Source: Paraspadella gotoi (Eukaryota; Animalia; Chaetognatha). Taken from it: a stretch of DNA of 64,000 nt. The translations under genes were made by a program, and so were the position numbers. The notes beneath the pieces are model-generated. The model was not told where the DNA came from. It did no database searches and saw only the letters and a list, made by a program, of their open reading frames with translations. Within the stretch, counting starts at the first letter, position 1. Each line of letters starts with the position of its first letter. Positions 1-15,708 of this stretch are shown piece after piece. Location: positions 26,769,553 through 26,833,552 of the forward strand of contig CM119265.1 in assembly GCA_051294375.1 (NCBI GenBank), in the 5' to 3' direction.

Positions 1-1164
1 ACCGCGGTAAAAAAGGTAGAATTATCTTCTCCCAATTCTCGACGGTGATTGGTCCAGGCCCGCCAATCCAGGACCGCAGGGAAGAAGCTTGCATTTTGCG
101 ATCCAAAACGCGAAGGGGAACCGCGCGGCCCAACACAGATACACCATTAATATCGTATTTGTTATTAATAAAAAAAGTTATGAATAAAAAAAAAAGGCAT
201 TTTACACTGTTAGTCTTTATGATTTAGTCAATACTGTTTTTGATATTAATAAAAAAAAAATTCATTTCTTTAAAAATAAAAAGCTAATAAAAAAGCTAAT
301 TTTTTGATTAAGTAAAAATATAAAAAAAAGAAGGCTAAAAAATTTAAAAAAAAAAAAAGTTTTGGTGGTTTAAGGCCTCCATCACTCTTACAAGATAATG
401 ACATAGCAGGATATATGTTAATGGTTTTTGTTATATTTTTGTGATCAGCGTAGTTTTTATCTGCTTACCGAGTTACAGTCTTTCGTTACTGTTTTTTAAT
501 TATGTTAATATAGTTTTTGTTATTAATAAAAAAGCTATAACTCTGTTAACGTCACTTCTTCCCTAATATTTTATTTGAATAATCGATGAAATTGGTTAAC
601 CTGTAAGACTCCAACAAAAAGTCATGTAAAATGTAAAGCATAATTTTGGACTCAAAAAATCGACAATTTCGACTCTGAAGATTTTGAGAGAGATTTTCCT
701 CTCAAACTTATTTCGTCTTCTGTCCTTCTTCTTCTGGACAAGAACAAGAACCTCTCATGCCACCGGTTAATCTAATTAAATGGCACGAAGGGAAAAGAAA
801 GTGTCATTTATCATGTATGTATATATCGTCTCGAAAATAAGTGAACCTTTTACGGCCTGAGAATTTTTTAAAGTTTTTTTTTAACATTTTAATTAGTTTA
901 TACATGAACGTAATAAATAATTCAAAAGTCTCGAGACGTCGATATGTGTAAGAGGCCGATGAAGTGTCCTTTTCACGATATATGTAAGAGAGATCGCTCA
1001 AACCAGTCGCGCTACTTTTAGATTTTAGACAATGAACTTCTATCTGTTTTAAAATCTTTCAATTAGTTCCCCCCCAAAAAAAAAAAATTTGGAGTCCGTG
1101 CTGAGAAGGGCCCCTTGAGCAAAAAGTCATTCGGAGTGTGAGAGATGACTTTCTCGGCGACGAC

Positions 1165-1199
<35 letters not shown>

Positions 1200-1294
1200 C
1201 AACGTTTCTAAGGCAACACGCCTCCCACGAGCATGGCGTCTGTTCAGGCAAAAACAGTCAGTTTTCATTCCTCAGAAAAATTAAGTTAAAAGAC

Positions 1295-1466
1295 TTTAAC
1301 AAAGTTTGGAAATGTTTTCGTCAACGATTTTTTATTATTAGTATAAGGACATGTTTCGACTCTTCATTTCGAGTCTCGAAATGAAGAGTCGAAATGAAGA
1401 GTCGAAACATGTCCTTATACTAATAATAAAAAATCGTTGACGAAAACATTTCCAAACTTTGTTAAA
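1295..1466. repeat. Near-perfect palindrome, about 79-bp arms; Penelope-like terminal remnant
   Basis: 1295-1373 is the reverse complement of 1375-1466 apart from a 13-bp duplication (cgaaatgaagagt); contains GAAACATGTC and AATAAA. Confidence 0.85.
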
Positions 1467-2065
1467 TCTCTATACTCAACGAAGCCGAAAGGATTAACAC
1501 AATAGTTAAAAGACTAAACTAAACTAAAATTATAACATGTTTGACGTTACGTTTGGGAAATTTTATACGTTTTTTTTAACATGCATATGTCTGATTTATT
1601 TTTCATTGATTGCCAAAAATTTCATTCATATGTTCACTGTTCAAGTTTAAACATCTCTTTAAGTTTTGTGAAATTAAACAAATAAAATTAGTAAATCATT
1701 CAATCAACAATCTTTCCCTTGACTTTGAACTGGCTATAGTGGATTATTGTTATAAAAATTATTATTTCATGTTAAAAACAAATTATTTACACTATTTTGC
1801 AACCAATTCAGAGTTTGGGTTTACAACATTATGGTTACCATGGTCACTGTAATAAGTTAATAACTATTACGAACATGTCTTTCTTGAAAATTCTGTACGA
1901 ACAAATGTTTTATGACGTCCGTACGTACGAGCAAATAATTTTTCACGAAAAAATTAATGTTTTAGTTCTTTTTTCTTGGCAAAAAAAAATAATTGGGAAT
2001 AATAAAAGTCGAAACTTAATTCGGAGGGACTTTTCAAATTAATAATTAATCGCGCCGCTGTGATC

Positions 2066-2126
<61 letters not shown>

Positions 2127-3476
2127 CTCCATTACTTCTCTCTTTGAACTTCATTCGTTTTTTTTTCTTTATGTTTTAACATTTTTTTCTCTTCAACTTT
2201 TCTTTACCTATTTTTTCTTTCTTTTCTTCTTTTCTTTTTTTTCTTTCTATGTTTTTATTTCCTTTTCATATCTTTTTTATGTCGTAAAATTTCGCCTTCA
2301 ATTTTCCGTCACACATTTCTCTCCTTAAACTTGTTACACTAAAATAACCTAAAACTGAAACTAATTCATTAGATCGAAACGAATATATCCTCCCTTTTTC
2401 AGAACTAGAAAATAACAAAAAAGATAAACACCCGGCAATTTCTTATGGGAGGAGGAAGAGGGAAGAGGAAAATCCGGTTTTAATTAAGCAAAACTTTTGA
2501 TTTCGAACAAAAGGATCGTTTAACCAACAACAAATTCGAAAATTTGCGACGATTTTCGTCGTCGTCGTCGTCGTCGTCGTCTTTTTTTTATTTCTCCTAT
2601 TTCTGTCGTCGTTGTCATCCCTAAATATCATAACGTGAGAACGATTTAAGTATTATATTGACTTTGGATACGAATTTCGCGAGTTGTGCAGCCAGTTTAG
2701 CTGGTTAACTAATTGACTTTTTTATTCAATAATTACTCAATGGATACAATCCATAGTAAATAACAACAACAACAAGTAACTCTAATCGCTAGTCGTAGTC
2801 AGGCCTACTCCCGAAATCTCTCTCCCCTTTTCTTTTTATTATTTAATTATTTAAAACTCGGCGGATCGAGTTTTGATTGCGGTCCGCTTGCGTTCCGAAT
2901 TAAAGGTCGCATTCGTCCTAATTACTTCTGCTTCCCTAACTCTGTCTCACTCTGGTTGACTCTGTCTCACTATTTTCAATTATATCGCCGATTGTCATCT
3001 TGTTTTTACTTCGACTTCATCGCTTCGTTTAATTCCTCGTCAGACGAGAGAGGGAAAAGGATGATTCATTGTTTAATAGATTAAAATGTTATTATATAGT
3101 TTAATTATTTTTAATATTACATTTTAAATTTCATTACTTTTTATATAGTTATTGATTATTTGTTTTTTATTTATTCTCATTAATTGAAATTCCATTGTAA
3201 TTTTTGGTATTAGAATTTTATTTTTAATTTAATAAAAATTACTCAATTTATAACCTTTATGATAATTTTAAAAATTAATAAATACGCTTTTTAAAAATTA
3301 AATAGTTTATATTTAAATAAGTTTTGTGATTTTTAAAATACTTTTTTATTTAATTTATTTTCAAAATTTTAATCCTAATTTCTTTCCTCCCTCCATCCTC
3401 TGTACCTTCAAAAACTGTTTTCTCTCTCTCTCTCTCTCTCTCTCGTTTCTCTCTCTCTCTCTCTCTCTCTCGCTCA

Positions 3477-3517
<41 letters not shown>

Positions 3518-3660
3518 TCTCGTCAACCAAAATATCAACTTCTGTCAAACGAATTTCCAAAACACAAATTTTCCTCTCATTTTTCAAATGAGTTTCCGCG
3601 CGTTTGACTTCGAAGTCAATTTGCTTAAGCGTTTCGGTGTCTGTTGCTCTCTCCTCTCTC

Positions 3661-3732
<72 letters not shown>

Positions 3733-3863
3733 CTGAGGCAATATCTCTCGCTCTCTCTCTTCTAATTTTTACCGATTCAATGGGCATAACGAAGATTTAA
3801 ATGCTGATAACTGGAGAGGCGAGGTTTGGTAAGGAAAACGATAGTCGCTAGACGAGAAATTGA

Positions 3864-3894
<31 letters not shown>

Positions 3895-4196
3895 TTCTCT
3901 CTCTCTCTCTCTCTCGTTCTCTCTAACAAAGCTTCCTTTCCCCCTTAAAAAACTCTCCTACCATGGGAACACACAAGTGGCATCGTTTAAGTAGACATTT
4001 TTCTTCCACTACCTTGACGGGTCCGGAGTCCAGGACAAGAATCACTTTCCCTTCCCCAACCTTACCTTTCCCTACCTTTCCCTACCTTTCCTTACCCTCA
4101 TCGCAGATCGTAAACAAAAAGAGGAAAGGAATAAAAATCAGTTGGTATCGATGACCCGAAGATGCGGATCAAGATATGAGAGAAACTTTTTTGGGA

Positions 4197-4269
<73 letters not shown>

Positions 4270-4782
4270 CTTTTTTCACTCTTGTGCATTGGTTAACGAA
4301 TAAGTTTCATTCAAACAACGCCATCGGTTGACAATATAAGTTTCCCGAACATTCCTAACTGTTATTACTGATAGAATTAAATTTGTTTCAGTCAATTTCT
4401 ATTTGAAATCCTTTTTATTGACAAATCTTTCTTTTTCCGTTTTAAAGAAATAACCCAACGTTTTTTGCTTAATTTTACAAATTAAATCAATCTTGGATTT
4501 TTTCGTTCCAACCAAATCGCGCGTGGTCAAACAATGAAAAAAACTCTGGCTCGAACGAAAAAGGTACTACTTATTGCTACATTAATCTTCAAGTTTAACT
4601 AAAAAAAATCATTAATTATCTTTCACTTCTCGATAATCGTTTTTAACTCGTTTCATTCACAGTGGGAGATTGTATAAGAATAAAAAATTACTTTCTTTTT
4701 AAACGAAGATGCAAATTTATTCCAACAAAATTAAGTGTCAAAATTAAGCGAGAACGATCAATTGCAAAATGGGAATTCAATT

Positions 4783-4862
<80 letters not shown>

Positions 4863-5143
4863 ACGGAGGCGTCACAACCACCCGCATTTTATGACCAAGT
4901 CGACGATGGAGAAATAGGAAGAATCAATCAAAATGAACAATAAAAAAAAAAACAGACAATAAATTGTAACTGAATAAAAAAAGGCGAGAATATATTATTA
5001 TGCGACTTAAAGAGAAAGTGACAAGTGAGATTTTGACGGAGAAGTTAACAAGGTATTATTATAGTATTACAGCATGAACAGAGAAAGAAAGAAAAACTTT
5101 TCCCCTTTTGATCGAAGAGGGGAAAAAATTAATGGAAATCGAG

Positions 5144-5210
<67 letters not shown>

Positions 5211-5518
5211 AAAAAAACTCGAACAATAGAGATATTTTTTCTCTGTTATGAATTTTTAACAAGGAAGAAAAGTCTGTGGGGGGTTTAGAAAGAAGAACGC
5301 GGTGGGATATTTGGAAAAAGGAAACGTTTAGAAGAAGGAATATGAGAGAGAAAAAGAGGAAGGTAGGAAGGTAGGAAAAGGTAGGAAAAGATAGGAAATA
5401 TGTTAGAAAAGAAAGGAAAAGGCAAAAAGGTAAGTCAATAATGTAGTAGTTACAATGAAAAAAAAACAATGAAAAAAAAAAGCAAAAACTATTTGATAAA
5501 ATTAAGTACTTTTCTTCT

Positions 5519-5894
5519 TCATCTTGATCCGGCCTCGGAACAGCTCGTCAACACCGTCAAGGGTTTGAAGGGTGAGGAGGAGGAGGAAGAGGAGGAGGAA
5601 GGAGACGAAGCGGGAGGAAGGTGTGGAAGAGTAGGCAGCCCAGCGGGTAAGGCTCGCGCCCCGACCGAGTAAGGGCTGCCGAAGACGCCCGCGAAAGCCG
5701 GGTGATGCCGCAAGGCCGGGTTGAGGGATGCCGCTGCCGCGGCGGCGGAAGTAGGGGCGGCGGCGGCGGGTGCGGCGGCGGCGCTGGGATACCATTGAGG
5801 GTAAGACTGGAACATACGCTGGACTGCTGCGTGATAGTCGCCCGCTTGAGCCAAGAGTTCGAGACCAACTTGGGATTGTCGCTTCCATTTCGTT
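5519..5894 (-). CDS. Barhl: BarH-like homeobox gene, exon 2
   Basis: Acceptor cttctctttctcccAG at 5895 closes a 111-bp phase-2 intron. Encodes (R)TKWKRQSQVGLELLAQAGDYHAAVQRMFQSYPQWYPS..., matching the Barhl post-homeodomain motif TKWKRQTAVGLELLAEAGNY..QRMF. TGA at 5519-5521. Confidence 0.93.
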
Positions 5895-6004
5895 CTGGGA
5901 GAAAGAGAAGAAATAATCATTAGTATATTTATACTTTTAATCAAGATTTTAAGACTAAATAAGACTATTTTAAGACTAATACAACGCCAAGAATAAAAAG
6001 CTTA

Positions 6005-6864
<860 letters not shown>

Positions 6865-7635
6865 GTTGGAGTGGGTCTTCCTTTTATGGGATGAAGTTAG
6901 ATAGAGAGCGAGAGGGTTTTTTCGTCGAAGCGAGAAAGTGGATTAGAAATTGAGGTACCGAGGTTCCGTATGGTAAGTTTTCTTTCGCGAAGTAAGTTAA
7001 AAACTCGTCTTTCTGAAGCGAAAGACTGAGAAAGATAGAGAAAGAGTTGAAGAGAGACAGAGTCAGAGACGAGGTGGGAAGGTAAGTTTCTTAATCTGAG
7101 CGAGAGCGAGAGAGAGAGTGAGTGAGAGCGAGAGAGAGAGTCTGGTGAGGAAGACAAAGCTTCGTCCCTTTTTATACGAAATTCAAACGACGAAGGCGAA
7201 GCTTTGGGGCGAAAATACGACGAAGACGACGACGAAAACGACGACGAAGACAGCGAAGATGATGCCGATGAAGAAACGAGAGATGATCCCGACGAGAGAA
7301 AAGATTACGAAAAGACGAGAGTCAAGAGTCGACGACGATAGCGAAGAATAAAGACGAAGCCGACGACGAAAAGTCGCGAAAGAGGATCCACGGAAGACGA
7401 CGACGACGACGACGACGACGACGACAACGACGACGACGAAGATCGTTTGAGATTTCAGGATTTTTTCGATCGACGAACGAGACGTTTTTTTCTTAACGTT
7501 CATGTCAATGGGAGGAGGAAGAGGAATATCAGGGAAGAGGAGGGAGGGAGATGAGGAAGAGAAGGAAGAGGAATTTTGGGGGAAAAGAGATAGAGGGATG
7601 ACTGTGAAGGGAAAGATGGAATGAGAAAGAAAGAA

Positions 7636-7731
<96 letters not shown>

Positions 7732-8315
7732 AAGAAAGAAAGAGGAAAAAAAGATAGAGAGAAATAAAGAAAGAAAGAGAAAAAGAAAGAAAGAAATAAA
7801 TAAAGAACGAAACAAAGAAACAAAGAAACAACGAAACAGAAATGTAAAAAAAGATTAAGTTTTGAGAAATGTAAATCATGCTGCTAAATCATCATTAATA
7901 TTCATACAATAATTAAACATTTATTAATTCACAATTAGCACAAGTTCCTTATTCATGACTTTTGCGTTAAACCTTTAAGTGAGGAACTCGCGACACAACT
8001 AATCAAAATAACGAATATGAATTGTAAAATTGTAAGATTAATTGTATGATTAATTAAATGTATGATTAATTAATTGTATGATTGTATTAAGGTAATTTTT
8101 TAAAAAGTTAAATTTATTTTATATAAAGACTAAAGAGTGACATTAAGAAATAGATTAGTAGTAAGATTATAATCGATATTAAGAGATTAAGAAAAGTTTT
8201 TTAAAAATTTATCTCTGATTTTAACATAAAAAAATTATTTCTGACTTAACGGAAATACTTTGTTTCCGAGTCAAAAAGTTAAGACCGAAAAAAAAACTAT
8301 CGGAATATGAATGAG

Positions 8316-8421
<106 letters not shown>

Positions 8422-9126
8422 GAATTTTGTTTTCCTCCTGGAATAATGATGAATAACAAAACGGTTGCACTTACCTCGGCTTAAACCTACTCCGTACTCG
8501 CTTCCCCTAAAAATAACAGTAAAAACGTTTAAAGAATAATAAAAAGTATTACGACCGAGAAAGAATAGGGAACTAATATGACCGAAGTAATGACGTAAAA
8601 AAATGCTTTCTTTGGCCGCTAGGTTCGTGTCTTATAAAAAGAAAAGTACAATCAAAGTTACGGAATAATAATCTAATGATTCAATCTAATAAATAAAAGT
8701 TTTGATTGAAAGATTTCAGGGTACTGGTATGTCATAATCTTATTAGATTGAAGTAGGCCTTAGACTAACCCAGCCTGTCCAAAATTAGGGGCAAAATAGC
8801 TTATTTATCGAATGAAGGATAAATTTTGTATTCGTTGTACCAATTTTATTTATCGACTTCGATAAATTTTTGGCGTTCTCAAAAACTGAAAATCGGTTGT
8901 CGACAAAATGTTCGATATATAACCATTTAATACAAAAACCGTTTCGTGATTATCGAAAAACCGATAACGTTTGACGCCGACATAAAAAATAGAAGAAAAA
9001 AAAACAGAATAAAAACAGAAACAAGACGAAAACGAAAAAAAACAAAACTTTTATCGAAACAAAACGAGGAGGAAATCTGAAGGCTGCCGAAAATTTAGGA
9101 AGCAATCATGAAGAAAAGAAGTAGAG

Positions 9127-9191
<65 letters not shown>

Positions 9192-9213
9192 GAGAGAAGA
9201 GAGAGAGAAGAGA

Positions 9214-9275
<62 letters not shown>

Positions 9276-9279
9276 AAGA

Positions 9280-9348
<69 letters not shown>

Positions 9349-9587
9349 CAGAGAGAGGAGAGAAGAGAGGAATTTCGGGAGGGATTTGTCGCCTCCCGTT
9401 TGTTCCTTTAGAGTCGATGGTCCTGAAAATTCTCGCAAAGAGAAAAAAAAAATTTCAAGATTTTTTTCGATTTGACTTCGACGAACGCAGATGGAGGCGT
9501 TGCGCAGATGGCAGAAAAATGGTAAAGATAGATGGCACCGAGACGGCAAATAGATGGAGCGATAGTGTTGCGTCGCAGTAGACTTTG

Positions 9588-9889
9588 CAATGACACAGTG
9601 ATCGCCGCAGATGATTCTCATCACTACAGCAATGACACAGTGAACCCCGCAGATGATTCTCATCTCTACAGCAATAACACAGTGAACGCCGCAGATGATT
9701 CTCATCACTACAGCAAAGACACAGTGATCGCCGCAGATGATTCTCATCACTACAGCAATAACACAGTGAACGCCGCAGATGATTCTCATCACTACAGCAA
9801 AGACACAGTGATCGCCGCAGATGATTCTCATCACTACAGCAAAGACACAGTGATCGCCGCAGATGATTCTCATCACTACAGCAATGACA
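9588..9889. repeat. 42-bp minisatellite, about 7 copies
   Basis: Unit caa(t/a)gacacagtgatcgccgcagatgattctcatcactacag, near-identical copies. Confidence 0.95.
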
Positions 9890-10626
9890 ATGGCCAGTAG
9901 ATAAATTCGGCGATTTCTAGTCTAAAACAATTTCCTCCGGGGTTAGAAATAAACGGCGAGGGGGGGGCTACGAATTTTTGGGTCTTTCTCCCTTGACCTG
10001 TTTTGGTCTTATTTCTAACTTGCACTCTCTCTCTCTCACTTTTTCTTACTCTCTCTCACTATCTTTCTCTATCGCTATCTCTGTATTCTCTAGTAATTTA
10101 TCTCCTTTTTTTATTCTAACCACTAATGATGACTTAACAAAGTTAACATAACAATTAAGTTAAATTATATGGTAAAAAATACATTTTTTTGGTTACATTA
10201 TAGCGTCGTTATCTCGATTATGGAAATATACTCGTAGGTTGCTCGCACTCCAATGTGCATCTACTCTCGTATATTACAAAACGACCAACTTTAATTTAAT
10301 ATCTTGACCGGGAGAGGGGGGGAAGAGAGAGCGTGGCAACATTGGGTATGAGTGGGGGGAAGTGGAAGGGGCAAAGTGGGCGTGGCAACATCTCCAAACC
10401 AAATTCCTGTTTTGGGAATTTTTTTTTCCAAATCTGAAAATTACGGAGACGAATTCTCGAGAGCGGAAACGACAACAGGAGGAAGACGATGACGACGAAA
10501 ACGACAACAACGACAACGACAACAACGACGACGACGACGACGACAAAAGCCAAATGAGAAGGCGTCGAACCGAATAAAAATAAACAAACAATCATAAGCA
10601 TTATCATCTTTGAGATTATATTGAGG

Positions 10627-10731
<105 letters not shown>

Positions 10732-11716
10732 TAAACCCGACCGAGAGAGATCAAATGCAAAGTTTAGCTCATTTTTTGAGAAAATGATGTGATTTTTTGT
10801 TTGTTTTTCTACCCGCCCACTTCATCCGCTCAACTCATTCGCTCAACGAAAAATACGAAAATGTCGGAGAAGTCGATGATTACAGAGAATCGACGTTAAC
10901 CCGTTTAAAGTTAAATAAACAAACAAACAAACTGACAAACGATCAAGAATTCACGTAGTTGTTTAACAGTTTTAGAGTAAGAGAGTTTTTTCTTTTTTTT
11001 ATTTATTTATCCCTCTCTTTCATCTCTCTCTCTCTCTTAATTTCGAATTTATCAACATAATAAATGAATAAAGAAATAATAATTAATAAATATTTGGAAA
11101 AAAAAACGTAAATTCCTAGAAAACTAAAGTTGAATAAAAATTATTTTTTATTTAGTGATTCAAAACTTGACGTAAATCTCCCGGCTCGAAATCCCTCGAG
11201 AATTTCAGCATAAAAAAAAAATGCAAATGCTCAACAGCTGTTACATTCTCAGCTGCAATTGATACATTCTCAGCAGCTGGAGCTGCATTCTCAGCCGCGG
11301 GAGCTGCATTGTAAGCGGCAGCCGCTGCCCTCTATCGAAAAAAAAAAAAGATTTATCCGTTTTTAAATGTGGGGTGAGGCATTGAGTAAGGTCGAGGGTG
11401 AGAGATTAAGTCTTTTTCAGTCGAGTGTGACTCACCCCCAATCGACGATCGACGATTAATCGGGTGAGTAACGTTTCCTTTTTTTATTCAACCTCTCCTA
11501 CTTTTGACGGCGGCTGCTCTTTTGTTCAATTTTAAGTTTAACATATATGTGTCGCGAATTTGGTCGCAAGTTCTTGAAGAATTTTAATAAAATATTCTTT
11601 TACATGGCATTCACAAAGGGTATATTTATATTTGATGAAACTAGGTAGGTCAACTTCTTTGTCAAATAAATACGTTTTATGTCAGAAGACGATTACGAAG
11701 TAAATCGTTTAATCTG

Positions 11717-11780
<64 letters not shown>

Positions 11781-12698
11781 ACGACGACGACGACGACGAC
11801 GAAAAAGATCAAAGACAAAAATGTGTGTCTCTGCAGAGATTGGAATAATAGAATGACAAGAAGATTAAGCAGAGCGAATTCCTTTGCAAAAAGTACAAAG
11901 GGATTGGATCCTTAATGTATTGGTGAAGATCACAGGTAGAGCCAAACTTTCGTCAATGGGGTGGTCAGAAGTTTGATTTGGGAAACCCTTTCCCAAATAA
12001 AACTTCCATAACATTTCTTGAGAATAAACTTTCAATGGAGCAAATTTTCTAAAATGGGCAAGAAGCATTAGTAATTAATTTTTTTTAATATTTTATTTGA
12101 TAGATAGGATAGTTGCAGAAAAAAATTTTTTTTTAGATTTTTTTATTTTTTTAAAAGCAGAATTCAAATAGCTTTATTAAAAAGTTTACTCTACAACAAA
12201 GATAATTCTTTTTTCAAATATTTGATGATGAAGTGGGTTAAAATTGAGAAAAACCTTAAAAATCATCAATCATCATCAATTCAAAAGATTCCGATAATTT
12301 TAGCAGTTTCTTTTTAATTAATTTTTAGTAATAAAAATCAAAATTTAAAAAGTTGTAATTATATTTTTTGCTTAACTTTTTAAGCTCTATAAGAATCAAT
12401 TAAAACTTAAAATAGGCCAAAAAAATTTTTAACTATTATATAGCAATATAAATAATATTAATTAGCGAAATTAACTTCATGGTTCGGAACCATTTTCTGC
12501 AAAAAAAATATTTTAACTTTACAATATTAATACCAATTATGGATGAGGTTTAAATGCTGTTCCCATTGAAATCTGAATTTGGGGTCGGCTACCCGCTATC
12601 ACAGGGCTTGTCTCTCATCTCTGTTCTGTCTCCTCTCTCTCTGTGTCTCTTCTCTCTCTGTCTCTGTCTCTCGTCTCTCTCGTCGTCTCCTCTCTCTG

Positions 12699-12781
<83 letters not shown>

Positions 12782-12956
12782 CTCTCTGTCCTTTCTGATT
12801 CACTCCGTAAATATGTGAAGCACCGCTGCTTTATTTGCAACATAATCAAATCTTTGAACATAACGTGATTTTAATCGGTGAGCGCGATTCAATTAGTGTG
12901 AATCAGTCGTTGTGATTCCCGCGGTGATTCGTTCACGGATTCCATCCATTCACTTC

Positions 12957-13041
<85 letters not shown>

Positions 13042-13257
13042 GAGAAATAGAGGAGGTAAAGAGAAAGGTATTTTTATTATGAATTGAGGTAAAGTTAGAA
13101 ACGAGTAAGTAAATAACGACCTGAGGCTGAAGGGGAAAGGTCTGACGGCGTCATGGAAAGTCCGGAAAGAAAGGTAAGTACTTTCCAAAAAACTGATCCG
13201 GGATCGAGGTAGTTCCTTTAGCAGGTAAGGTCCCGAGAAAGAGAGAGAGAAAGAGAG

Positions 13258-13347
<90 letters not shown>

Positions 13348-13564
13348 GAAAGAGAAGTAAACGGCCATAAACGATGTTAATTTTCGTCTCTTCTTTTCGT
13401 GACGAAAAAATGAAAATCGATGATAAATGGACAGACTTTTTTTTCCACCTTATCTTTTTTTTTATTCCTGACCCCAAATCAAATAGGAAAAATATTTTGG
13501 CCTTTTTTTCCCAGACCTTCCCATTTTATCTTAAATTATAAATTAAGTTAGAAATTAAGGATAA

Positions 13565-15708
13565 GACACAATGAAAAATGGCGTAACGTTACTGTTCCGC
13601 GCATAAAAAAAAATTCACTGTTCAATATTATTATAATTCTTTTTATTTTTTGAAACGTTATAGTTTCATATATTGATATCCAAAATATCAATGCAAAATC
13701 TTTTTTTGTTTTTTAGATATGACTGAGTATAGGATAAAAGATGATAAATTTTTTAAAAAAGTTACTTATTCATATTTATTCATAAAACTCTAATAGAAAA
13801 AAATTTAAAAAAATAATAGTACTAATAGTTAGAGTTATGTCTCAAATAGATGGAAAAAAAACCTCATTTAAAAATTCGATCGGGAAGTGGGGTAACTAAG
13901 GCTTACCAATGGCATCCTCCACACCGATTGTTCTCTCAAATATTTTTTTTTTTTTAATACATTTGAAAGGGAAAAAAAGAAAATTTGGAATGCAGGTTGC
14001 AGAAAGGGTACAGATAATCTGGACTTATTGACATGATAACCATGACCTTTTATATCCATTGGCTATTACGAAAAATATCTTTTCTTAATTAAAATGGATG
14101 ATAAATAATAGAATTAAATTCTTTGCTATATTTAAAAAAAATTATCAATACAATTTAACCCAATGATGTTTTGCTTTGTCAAATATGTTACCAGCTATAT
14201 AATTTTTTACAACTTTATTATGATAAACAAGCAGTATGTCAAGCTTTTAGTTTGCAGTTAAATATAATGAAAAATGAAAATTTTTTTTTCACAGACAAGA
14301 CGGTAGATGTCCAGACTGTTTATATCAAGCTGAAAACATTTTGCTATTTATCATTTTTAATATTTAAAAATACATTTTATCAAGCTACAACATAAATTTT
14401 TGCTTGTTTTTTACTTTAACTGAAAAATATAAGCAATTTTATAGAATAAAAAAAAATTTAATAATAAACAAAATGTAATTCAGTCTTTCCTTTTTCAAAT
14501 TACAAAAGAAAAAGAAAAAATTTTATATGCCTTCATTAAATTTTTAAAGCAAAAAAACTGTATACTTTTAACTCTGATTTAACAAAAAGCTGTGTAAAGA
14601 TTTATGGATTTAATTTAATAAAACTCTTTTAGAAAGGTGTCCCATGATTAGGGCTTTAATTTAATACCACATCCACCTTGCTACCTCTTTTCTTTCAAAA
14701 GTTTTTTTTTAAAAATATTTTTTTTTAAATTACGCAGTACAAATCTTTGTTAAATAAAAATTTTGGCAAATTTCTATTGGTACAATACTTAAATTTCAAA
14801 ATAAAACTTGAAGAAAATTTTTTTGTCATTTAGAGACATATCACTTTCAGATGTACCCATCGCTATAATAATTTATTTATCTATTCCCCCAAAAAAGCCT
14901 AATTAGAAAAGTTGAAATTTTTTCAAATTGTTGGGAAAAAAATTTTGTCCGACCTATGCTCATGAGAATAATGGTTTTGCATAGAAAATCAAAATATCAA
15001 AAAAATAAAAAATCAGCCTCTAGAAAAATCGAAAGGCTAGAAGCTGATTTTTAAAATTGCAAAATTTTTTCCTGACTCATAATCCATTATTCTCAAGTTT
15101 CAAAATATTTTTTTCCAAAATCATTCAATCAATTTTTTTTTATTAATTTAAAATATTTTTATGATGTTGTTTTTGTTGAAAGAATTGAAAAAAAGTGAAA
15201 AATATAGTAATTTATAAAGGTTTTTGGAAATATCTTTAAAATATTAAATAATTAGACACAAGGGAGTAAGCAGAGAAAACTTCCCATTCATAAAAAAAAT
15301 TGAAAATGAATTTGTCATATTGTTTTTAGATTAATTGACTAATTACAAACAAATGATTCATATAAATTGAGGAAATGATGGGTAAAAAATATTCATCTTG
15401 GTTCTGGTTAACTATTAGGTTATCGTTAAAGTTTTGTTTTAATAATATTAATATTATTTTTGCATTTATAAAAGCAATGGTCTAAAATTTTGTAAGCGTT
15501 TCGAGCTATATTGCTTCATCTTTTTTACTATTTTTGATCTAGTTAGCTTTTTGTTGATGGTCAAGGGTTATGGTCAGATACAGTAATGTCCAGTAGTGTA
15601 TATCGCACATATTACCAAAAGTAATGATCATTAATTTGGCTCAGAAACATTTTTAAAGGGACAAAATCAGCACGAGAACCATTTCGCCACGTTATTTTTC
15701 ATTGTGTC
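13565..15708. mobile_element. Non-autonomous TIR DNA transposon (Mutator-like TSD)
   Basis: Termini GACACAATGAAAAAT...ATTTTTCATTGTGTC with imperfect extension; flanked by ttaaggataa / ataaggataa (10-bp TSD, one mismatch); AT-rich non-coding interior. Confidence 0.75.

Noticed and set aside
9588-9889. CRISPR-like array
   Set aside because: Units are contiguous near-identical repeats with no unique spacers, there are no cas genes, and the context is eukaryotic.
11865-12068. 67-aa ORF resembling a transposon fragment
   Set aside because: No motif I can identify; too short to assign.
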